Of a DNA stretch of 64,000 nucleotides, positions 36,401 through 44,500 are shown piece after piece. The stretch is from a virus. Location: positions 7,719 to 71,718 of the IMG/VR virus record IMGVR_UViG_3300021963_000100, one strand, 5' to 3'. Each line of letters begins with the position of its first letter. Position 1 is the first letter of the stretch. A program made the translations under genes and the position numbers. The notes below the pieces were generated by a model. That model ran no database searches and had not been told where the DNA came from. It worked only from the letters and a program-made list of their open reading frames with translations.

Positions 36401-36614
36401 CTGTGGCTTGGGTTTTACCTAATATTTTCCCGCCAGCTTTATATTTACCTAATTTGGATAATGCATATTTCGCATTTTCCCACCAACCCTCATTAAGTGG
36501 GCTTAAATTAATTTGGTTAAGCTCAAATTCCAACAATTCAGCTTCATTTAACATGGGAAGACCCATTTGTCTTCTCATTGTGTTAACTTCATTTAAAATG
36601 TTCGCACTAGTCAT
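33420..36614 (-). CDS. large helical late protein with N-terminal tag and hydrophobic hairpin (candidate internal/ejection protein)
   Basis: ILNEVNTMRRQMGL; Gly/Ala-rich hydrophobic segments; N/Q-rich linker. Confidence 0.85.
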   Translation of the reverse strand: MTSANILNEVNTMRRQMGLPMLNEAELLEFELNQINLSPLNEGWWENAKYALSKLGKYKAGGKILGKTQATAVANNKIKDLLEKQANQVIKDLDKSIREKNPEFPNNKSQLDFVNTVIEIATVYDSLVKATKLNPDQKGFLPVDAANEIINDLKEYTQKYLDYDLTAAFSVFNEGEETDTDQVLTELMEAYDDLDQAKADADNRFASTKSAIKKGDVAAYDSTRMKTLDSNKLPALLAIGGGVLKGLSWMFQTDWFKNLVDPQTIKTITSPQQIEKLISGGKPDSQGMLHWMQEISGRKMATGADVNWFIENHGGEKAVSGMFLRNGARDVAGNIISPEKQAQMLHELCTQNSSSKVSEIFTKAAKTYGSMKPGLALFGISAQAAFLGKAIYTTYVTTKVAVSTGAYAKWGIAAKILGPLGIALGLGALAVKLARMKGKKSSRAQLLNDLLQSIRPIESTKENPIVIGNGEGDDKNPQGGDEQGNNKNKQTGGGQDQQLYRDLKKYFQDVFNFKSQVNSDTYGKGGSSNPTKQYSGGGKVEKKITQPNDVNDIYKLMEGDIQLINLLNSLDILVEADDSLMRSISSKGQAASEKNTNDKGIGDIGLSQNQLKLFKTNVNRLSNIVKTLNRFGTQDKKLQNLLDQAKGNPIARMDINSLLISDEKSLKIFISDFNKAIYSVQFKNGNNIMDQLKSIGINKLNERAERVPGKGEMNKVYNDRREFLKNLPNYLKSMYAVFSTLIDKVKSGEMSLNTGNPNVKDGTNKTNTNNQGSSNGNQGNSNNQGSSNGNQGNSNNQNSSNNNQNTPTDNQDNQNNQDADAGKPSKRGGNFYGSEFYEGVELHNLMETHNNLIDVILENITTLDEFGDNQPEMKQSKEDAIMNGTAGLIFQELATIIPDLSSKIVVSYMKKHNKKLNRIKLADFLSVVLGSLAKVPAPKMVSMISRADMDVTAYKRMLKDVMSAEEDAMDDAAKQSADDAKTETGMQYNPGNPEKFLPEKVGNYDLSGINQAARIALVQKSAQIISRNNDLEQNTENVLEVMKQLIDDINKLGNKDKQIPLVKA
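34230..34307. repeat. 39-bp tandem duplication (NNQGSSNGNQGNS x2)
   Basis: GTTAGAGTTACCTTGGTTACCATTTGATGAYCCTTGGTT twice. Confidence 0.85.
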
Positions 36615-36616
36615 TT

Positions 36617-37246
36617 TTATTGATTTATATTTTTATTTAATTTATTTTTAACGTTTAATCTAGCCTGTTCCAATATAGCCTCAACTTTAATTTTAGTTGA
36701 CTCACCAATTGTCTGTCCACCACTAGCGGTATAAAATGATGCAATAGGGGCACCAATTTCATTAACCTCATCACCAGATTCATCACCTTTATCCTCTAAT
36801 TTATTTGTGATGTCAGTTTTATCTTCATCGTTTAATTTATTGACATCGGCTGCGGATATAACTGAATTTAATATATATTTTATATCATCAGATTCCAATT
36901 TATCATTAATATCACGCATTTTTTGAGACAACTTACCAGTTAATTTTTGAATTGCTTTTATCGGATCTTCATCATCAACTGGTTCGTCAGTTGGTTCGGT
37001 TGTTGTATCTGTTGTTTCGGTACCGTCAACTGGTTCAGTTGATGTTCCATCGTCAACAGTTGTATCATTACCACCCAATAAACCGCTTTCCAAATCTGCG
37101 GTTTCAGTATCTGTAGAAACAGAAGAACCATCTGGTGTTTCTCCAGATGGCTCAGAAATGTTTGTATCCGTAAAATCTTGGGCAGGTTGTTCAGTTGCCG
37201 TTGACGTTTTATTTTTTAATTTTAAAACGTACTTTTCATTTAAACT
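36617..37246 (-). CDS. -1 frame continuation of the upstream gene (acidic linker plus IQKLTGKL domain)
   Basis: Frame is open from the A10 run at 37255-37246 with no in-frame ATG near its 5' end. Confidence 0.65.
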   Translation of the reverse strand, partial: SLNEKYVLKLKNKTSTATEQPAQDFTDTNISEPSGETPDGSSVSTDTETADLESGLLGGNDTTVDDGTSTEPVDGTETTDTTTEPTDEPVDDEDPIKAIQKLTGKLSQKMRDINDKLESDDIKYILNSVISAADVNKLNDEDKTDITNKLEDKGDESGDEVNEIGAPIASFYTASGGQTIGESTKIKVEAILEQARLNVKNKLNKNINQ

Positions 37247-37608
37247 TTTTTTTTTAAAACATCAATGTTTTCATCGTAACCAACTTGTTCATTGATTTCT
37301 TTAAACATTAAATTAAGATGTTTTAAAGCATCAGCATATGATCTATAAGAATGTTCGTTAATATTTTGAACACCGCTAATGTAATCATAATTTTCACCAT
37401 TTTTAGTTTTAATGTAAACATGCTTTTCTTCCTGAACAATAGCATATTCAGTACCGTTTGATGCAACAGCCTCATGTAAAACGTTGGCTAATTTACCAAC
37501 TAATGGTTTAGACTCATTAACAGCCTCTTTTTTGATCCCAGCAATTTCTAGGATTCTCTCCAGTTTTTTATCTGGATCTTGTATTTTCTCTGAACCTATA
37601 GGTCTCAT
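37240..37608 (-). CDS. late protein N-terminal part (MRPIGSEK...), ends just after the A10 run
   Basis: Late motif at 37642; ends GTT TTA AAA AAA AAA GTT TAA. Confidence 0.8.
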   Translation of the reverse strand: MRPIGSEKIQDPDKKLERILEIAGIKKEAVNESKPLVGKLANVLHEAVASNGTEYAIVQEEKHVYIKTKNGENYDYISGVQNINEHSYRSYADALKHLNLMFKEINEQVGYDENIDVLKKKV

Positions 37609-37653
37609 AATTCAAAATATTTGTTGAAAAGTTATTCTTAGTATAAATATCTG

Positions 37654-38400
37654 TTATTTTGGTAAAAGTTCCGCATTTTCTAAAGATAGAATGGAATCGG
37701 TTGTATTTGTTTTCAAATCCGATAGTTTCTCCATGAATCCTGAACGTCTAAGGTATTTAAAGACTAAATTTTCATTGCTTAATTCACCACCACCCATCAA
37801 ACCATTTTTACGATACTTTCTAATTTTTTCTTTAAATGCGTCAATTTTATCTAGTTTTTCTTTAGTGTTTTCCATTTTTTCTAAAGATGTTAAAGTTTTA
37901 TTGAATTCTTTAACTTTTTTAATTACCGAATTTTTATCTAACTCAAAATCACTAATAGATGGTGTTTCAACCCATTTATTAAATAAAACACTATACTTTC
38001 CTTTAGAATCTAATGTTTCATTCACGTCTTGGGCGTATAGTTCAACATCATAACCTTTTATCTTAATATCGTGCTTTAAATTGAAATTTTGTTTTTTAGC
38101 ATCGAAAAATTCATCAGCAACGATTGGTTCGGTACCTAATTTGCTTTTATCGATAACAACATGTAGATCAACGTCAGAATAATTTGACCAATTATAATTT
38201 GTTAAACTACCAACAAATAAAATATCCTCAATTTCAAGGTCAACACCCATTGAATCAATAAAATCTTTAGCAATATCCAATAAATGTTTACGAATATCAG
38301 ATTTTAATCGAATGGTGTTGAAATCATTCGACTCAGCATTGTCCCATATTTCAGGGCTTAATGTTTTTTGCAATTTGAAGCTGCTTATAATTGAGTTCAT
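37654..38400 (-). CDS. Pol-beta-superfamily nucleotidyltransferase
   Basis: hGS-x9-SDVDLH motif (FVGSLTNYNWSNYSDVDLHVVID); late motif at 38415. Confidence 0.8.
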   Translation of the reverse strand: MNSIISSFKLQKTLSPEIWDNAESNDFNTIRLKSDIRKHLLDIAKDFIDSMGVDLEIEDILFVGSLTNYNWSNYSDVDLHVVIDKSKLGTEPIVADEFFDAKKQNFNLKHDIKIKGYDVELYAQDVNETLDSKGKYSVLFNKWVETPSISDFELDKNSVIKKVKEFNKTLTSLEKMENTKEKLDKIDAFKEKIRKYRKNGLMGGGELSNENLVFKYLRRSGFMEKLSDLKTNTTDSILSLENAELLPK

Positions 38401-38446
38401 TAAATTTATTTACCTATAAATATCACTAAAACGCAAATAATACCTT

Positions 38447-38692
38447 TTAAGATTCAATCTTTTTATATGTATACGTTTTAGCTATTTTTTGGTTGAAGTA
38501 TTTACCCTGACTTTCCGCTAAATTTAACTCAGCGAATATTTCATGCGGGACATCATTATATTCATATTGTGTGCCATTTCCAAAAGTCACAACTAATTTT
38601 TTTGTTGTTGTTTCGTAATTAGCCCCTTTTAGATTTGAGCTGTCATATTCACAAATGATGTTGTTACCGATATAGTTTTTACTTTTTACCAT
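38447..38692 (-). CDS. KTSC-domain protein
   Basis: SSNL...Y...LVVTFGNGTQYEYNDVP...AESQGKYFNQKI. Confidence 0.9.
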   Translation of the reverse strand: MVKSKNYIGNNIICEYDSSNLKGANYETTTKKLVVTFGNGTQYEYNDVPHEIFAELNLAESQGKYFNQKIAKTYTYKKIES

Positions 38693-38702
38693 AATTTTAT
38701 CT

Positions 38703-38936
38703 TTATTGTTCTTGTGGGTATTTTTTTGTCTTCGTCTTAACGGTATAGTTAAGAACGGTGTTCAAATCAAAAATCTCATTTATTGTTAATAAATACGCCT
38801 CGCCCTCAGGATCATCAGCATTAATTTCAGATTGTTTATAGATGACTACTAAGTAGTTACCGCTTATAATCGTTGTTCTTACGTTGTCAAAAGTTTTGAC
38901 TTGTCCGTTTTTAAAGTTTATTAGTACAGTTTCCAT
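38703..38936 (-). CDS. hypothetical protein
   Basis: Start moved to ATG 38936, after a TATTTTTG -7 box. Confidence 0.7.
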   Translation of the reverse strand: METVLINFKNGQVKTFDNVRTTIISGNYLVVIYKQSEINADDPEGEAYLLTINEIFDLNTVLNYTVKTKTKKYPQEQ

Positions 38937-39018
38937 GATATTTATTTTTAAACAAAAATAAGAAAACATTTGGATTTTGTAAAGTTTAAATGTATCTTCG
39001 CAGAAAATAAATCATACG

Positions 39019-41484
39019 ATGAAAGAAAAAATGTCAAATGAGTTGAGACAGGCCTTTACAATTGGTCGTGAGTCTGCTGTCCGTTATCACGATAGTAAAT
39101 TAAGATTAGAACATGTACTATATGGTATAATGACATCAAAGAACATAATCCATGAAATTTTAAAAGAGAAGGTATCGGATTATGATTTATTAATAAATGA
39201 TGTTGAAAACTACATCAAGCGCCAATCGGATAATGATTCAGAGGTTAACTCTGAAAGTATATTAAAATTTGAAATGTCTTTGCAAGATGTGTTAAAATCA
39301 TGTGCAAAAAGTAAAAGGGTTGATGAGTACATTAGCGCTGAATTATTTTTTACCGTTTCTTTTGACTTAAATATTGCTATTATTAAGATAATAAAAGATT
39401 ACGGTATTTCTAAAACTTTTATTAAACAAAAATTAAAGCAATTAAATGTATCGGCTATGTATTTCTCTGATGAAGATAATAACAAAAAAAACTTTCAAAA
39501 CGAAAACCAAACAAATAAAACAAAAAGCAAAACACCAATCTTAGACAATTTTGGTAGGGATTTAACGGCATTGGCTAATGATGATAAATTAGATCCTATT
39601 ATTGGTAGAGATAGTGAGGTTGAGCGTGTGGCTCAAATATTAACAAGACGTAAGAAAAACAACCCAGTTTTAATCGGTGATCCTGGTGTTGGTAAAACAG
39701 CAATCGCTGAAGGTCTAGCAATTAAAATCGCAAAAAATGAATGCCCTAGACCTTTACAAGGTAAGCGATTGGTTACATTAGATTTAACATCAATGGTGGC
39801 TGGAACTAAATACCGTGGTCAATTTGAGGAAAGAATTAAAGGTTTATTAGATGAGGTTAGGGATAACCCAAATATTATTTTATTTGTTGACGAATTACAT
39901 ACGTTAGTTGGTGCTGGTAACTCTTCTGGTTCATTAGATGCCGCAAACGTATTTAAACCAGCTTTGGCACGTGGTGAAGTTCAATGTATTGGTGCTACAA
40001 CTTTAGATGAATATCGTGAGCATATTGAAAAAGACGGTGCTTTAGATAGGAGATTTCAAAAAGTAATAGTTAACCCACCTACATTGGAACAAACAAAAGA
40101 AATCTTAATGAATATACGTGAAAAGTATCAAGATTTCCATAAAGTGGAATATACTGATGATGCTATTGATGAGATCATTAGATTATCTGATAGGTACATC
40201 ACAAATCGTGAATTCCCAGATAAAGCCATTGATATTTTGGATGAGGCTGGTTCTAGAACTCAAGTTAGCATAAAGCCACCGCAAAAAATTAAGGAGCTTG
40301 AGGATTCAATAAAAGAAATTAAAAAGCAAAAAAGTGAGGTTGTTAAGAGTCAAAATTATGAAAAAGCAGCCGATTTGCGTGATTTAGAGAAAAAAACAAC
40401 CACTGAATTAGAAAAAGAAACTAAAATTTGGAAGGACACCATTAACACAAAAAGAATGGTTGTTACAGATGAAATGATTTGCGAAGTTGTTTCAATGATG
40501 ACTGGTATCCCTATTAGTAAAATATCACAAAACGAGATTAAAAAATTAATTAATATTGATAAAGAAATCTCAAATACAGTAATTGGTCAGGATGAGGCTA
40601 TACAGAAGGTGGCTTCAGCTATTAAGAGAAATAGAACGGGTATCCGTAGACAAAATAGACCAATTGGTTCATTCTTGTTTATTGGGCCTACAGGTGTGGG
40701 TAAAACCGAATTAGCTAAAGTATTAGCTGAAAAGATTTTTGGTAGTGAGGATGCTATGATTCGAATTGATATGTCGGAATATGGTGAAAAATTCAACACA
40801 TCTAAATTGATTGGTTCACCTCCAGGTTATATTGGTTATAATGAAGGTGGGCAATTAACTGAAAAGGTTAAGAATAAACCATACTCATTAGTGTTATTTG
40901 ATGAAATTGAAAAGGCTCACCCAGATGTGTTTAACGTTTTATTACAATTATTGGATGAGGGTCATTTAACGGATGGATCTGGTAGAAAAATTAATTTTAA
41001 AAACACCATAATAATTATGACATCAAATATTGGTTTAAAAGATGTGCAGGATTTTGGTGTAAAAATTGGGTTCTCAACTGACGAAGATTCATTAAAATCC
41101 TCACAAGATATTATAGAAAAAAGTCTAAAAAAAGCATTCAAACCAGAATTTTTAAATCGCTTGGATGAGATTGTATATTTTAACTATTTGGGTCAAGGGG
41201 AAATTTTAAAAATCATTGACTTACAATTGAATGAGTTATCAGATAGATTAAAAGAATCTAATTATTCTTTCAAAATCTCAAAAACAGCAAAGGAAAAATT
41301 AGCTGAACTTGGTTTTAATAAAAATTATGGTGCTAGAGAATTACAAAGAACAATTCAAAAGTATATCGAGGATCCAATGTCAGATGAGTTGCTTAAAAGT
41401 GGTATGCCTAAAGAATGTCAATTTAATATTAGTTACGATAGCAAAAAGAATAAAATCGTTTTAGATATACAGCAAAAACAATAA
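39019..41484 (+). CDS. clpC: ClpC-type AAA+ chaperone / Clp protease ATPase subunit
   Basis: Two AAA modules (GDPGVGKT/VDELH; GPTGVGKT/FDEIEKAHP), short UVR-type middle coil (YEKAADLRD), IGF loop. Confidence 0.92.
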   Translation: MKEKMSNELRQAFTIGRESAVRYHDSKLRLEHVLYGIMTSKNIIHEILKEKVSDYDLLINDVENYIKRQSDNDSEVNSESILKFEMSLQDVLKSCAKSKRVDEYISAELFFTVSFDLNIAIIKIIKDYGISKTFIKQKLKQLNVSAMYFSDEDNNKKNFQNENQTNKTKSKTPILDNFGRDLTALANDDKLDPIIGRDSEVERVAQILTRRKKNNPVLIGDPGVGKTAIAEGLAIKIAKNECPRPLQGKRLVTLDLTSMVAGTKYRGQFEERIKGLLDEVRDNPNIILFVDELHTLVGAGNSSGSLDAANVFKPALARGEVQCIGATTLDEYREHIEKDGALDRRFQKVIVNPPTLEQTKEILMNIREKYQDFHKVEYTDDAIDEIIRLSDRYITNREFPDKAIDILDEAGSRTQVSIKPPQKIKELEDSIKEIKKQKSEVVKSQNYEKAADLRDLEKKTTTELEKETKIWKDTINTKRMVVTDEMICEVVSMMTGIPISKISQNEIKKLINIDKEISNTVIGQDEAIQKVASAIKRNRTGIRRQNRPIGSFLFIGPTGVGKTELAKVLAEKIFGSEDAMIRIDMSEYGEKFNTSKLIGSPPGYIGYNEGGQLTEKVKNKPYSLVLFDEIEKAHPDVFNVLLQLLDEGHLTDGSGRKINFKNTIIIMTSNIGLKDVQDFGVKIGFSTDEDSLKSSQDIIEKSLKKAFKPEFLNRLDEIVYFNYLGQGEILKIIDLQLNELSDRLKESNYSFKISKTAKEKLAELGFNKNYGARELQRTIQKYIEDPMSDELLKSGMPKECQFNISYDSKKNKIVLDIQQKQ

Positions 41485-41555
41485 AATTATTTTAGATATT
41501 TCATTGACTTAATCGAAAATTAAACTATTTATGATTAGTTTAATATCGATAATAA

Positions 41556-44500
41556 ATGGCTGTAATATATTTAAGGCATGTACTGCAACGTCCGCTTACG
41601 TTTGGTGAGTTAGACGCAAACTTTGAAAATCTAAATAATGCAATACAAAATTTAGGTCTAGACGATCTAACTGATGTTGTAATTTCTACTGGTGTAACCA
41701 CTGGAGACTTTTTGGTCTTTGATGGTACCAATTGGGTTAATAAACACTTATCTCCAGCGGTAACGCCAGAGTATATTGTAACGTATGACCCAGCTACTGG
41801 TGATTTTACATACACACAAATAAATCCAGGTGCAACAATTTCATCCACACCCCCAACAGGTTTAACTGCTGGGGCTTTGTGGTTTAATGATGCTGATGGT
41901 ATATTATATATTCTATACGATGGTGTAAACTGGATACCCGCAACTTCGGTATTAAACGGAACATCAGGTACATCGGGTATCGCTGGCACATCAGGTATAG
42001 ATGGTACTTCTGGTACATCGGGTGAGTCTGGTACGTCTGGAACAGCTGGTGAAAGCGGAACTTCTGGTTCTTCAGGTGAGTCTGGAACTTCTGGTTCTTC
42101 AGGTGAAAACGGTACATCGGGAACTAGCGGAACCTCAGCGAGTGGGGCTAATTATTATGGGTCATTTAGTGATTCAACAACACAAGTGGTTTCTGGTGCT
42201 AACACACCAACAGTTGTTACATATGATACAACTGAAATATCTAATGAAATTAATGTAGTAGCTGGTTCACAAATAACATTTGTTAATACTGGTGTATATG
42301 AGGTAGGGTATTCAGCTCAAATTGAAAAAACTCAAGGTGGTGCTCAAGCTGATGTTGACATATGGCTTAGAAAAAATGGTACTGACATTATTAGAACTGA
42401 TTCCATATTAGGTTTAGTTTCAAATTCAGTTAAAAATTTACCATTCGTTTCAATTATTTCAGAATTTAATGCGGGTGATTATATTGAGATCTTATTTGCT
42501 TCTAGTTCTAATCATGTGCAATTAACAGCAGTACCAGCACAAGCAACACCGTACCCACACCCAGCAGCACCATCAATTATTGTTGTTGCTAAGCAAATTG
42601 GTATGATGTTGCAAGGTGATTCTGGATACTCAGGCACTAATGGTACTTCTGGAACTGCGGGTACATCTGGTACTTCTGGAACTGCGGGTACATCGGGTGA
42701 ATCTGGAACATACGGAACAAGTGGTGAAGATGGTACCTCAGGAACATCGGGTACAAGTGGTGAGTCTGGAACATCAGGTACATCTGGTGAAGATGGAACT
42801 ACAGGAACAAGTGGAACTTCGGGAGAATCTGGAACATCAGGTACATCTGGTGAAGATGGAACTACAGGAACAAGTGGAACTTCAGGTGAATCTGGTAGTA
42901 CAGGAACAGCTGGAACTTCAGGTGAAGACGGTTCTACGGGAACGTCTGGAACATCTGGTGAAAGTGGAACTTCTGGTACTTATGGGACATCTGGTGAAGA
43001 TGGAACCACAGGAACAAGTGGTACTTCAGGTGAGTCTGGAACAAGTGGAACATACGGAACAAGCGGTGAGGATGGAACATCAGGCACATCAGGAACAAGT
43101 GGGACTTCTGGCTTAAATGGTATAAATGGTATTGACGGTACTTCTGGTATCTCTGGAACATCGGGTTCAAGTGGATCTAATGGTACTGCGGGCACATCTG
43201 GGGAAGATGGAACGACAGGTACCTCAGGAACATCAGGGGAATCGGGAACAACGGGTACAGCTGGAACAAGTGGTGAAGACGGTACAACAGGTACGGCTGG
43301 TACAAGTGGTGAGTCTGGAACAAGTGGGACATCTGGAACATCGGGTGAGGATGGGACAACTGGTACATCTGGAACTTCAGGTGAGTCTGGAACAAGTGGA
43401 ACATACGGAACAAGCGGTGAAGATGGTACTTCAGGAACTTCTGGAACCTCAGGGGAATCTGGAACTTCAGGAACATACGGAACAAGCGGTGAAGATGGTA
43501 CAACTGGAACAAGTGGAACAAGTGGTGAGTCTGGTACGTCAGGAACGTCTGGAACAAGTGGTGAAGATGGTACGACTGGAACAAGTGGAACAAGTGGTGA
43601 ATCTGGAACAACGGGTACTAATGGTACATCAGGTGAAGATGGTACAACTGGAACAAGTGGAACAAGTGGTGAGTCTGGAACTTCTGGTACCTATGGAACT
43701 TCAGGGGAGGATGGTACAACGGGAACAAGTGGAACTTCGGGAGAATCTGGAACTTCAGGTACAAATGGTATTAGTGGTGTAAATGGTGTTTCTGGAACTT
43801 CAGGAGAATCTGGAACAAGTGGTACAGCAGGGACAAATGGTACTTCAGGTGAGGATGGAACAAGTGGTACATCAGGAACATCAGGTGAATCTGGAACTTC
43901 AGGAACATACGGAACAAGTGGTGAAGATGGTACAACTGGAACAAGTGGAACTTCAGGTGAATCTGGTAGTACAGGAACAAGTGGAACATCTGGTGAAGAT
44001 GGTACAACGGGAACATCAGGAACTTCTGGTGAGTCAGGAACTTCAGGAACATACGGAACAAGCGGTGAAGATGGTACAACTGGTACATCGGGTACATCTG
44101 GTGAAAGTGGAACAACTGGAACATCGGGTACATCTGGTGAAAGTGGAACTAGTGGTACTTACGGTACTTCGGGAGAAGACGGAACTACGGGTACATCTGG
44201 AACTTCAGGTGAATCTGGGTCTACTGGAACATCTGGAACTTCTGGTGAAGATGGTACAACTGGTACGTCAGGAACTTCAGGTGAATCTGGGTCTACTGGA
44301 ACAGCTGGAACTTCAGGAGAGGATGGGACAAGTGGAACTTCTGGTACATCAGGGACAAGTGGGTTAAATGGTATAAATGGTATTGACGGTACTTCTGGTA
44401 TCTCTGGAACATCGGGTTCAAGTGGATCTAATGGAACATCTGGAACTTCAGGTGAGGACGGAACAAGTGGTACATCTGGTACTAGTGGAGAATCTGGGAC

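Noticed and set aside
37654-38400. cGAS/CD-NTase defence gene
   Set aside because: Only the generic GS/DxD motif is visible, there is no adjacent effector, and it sits behind a late motif
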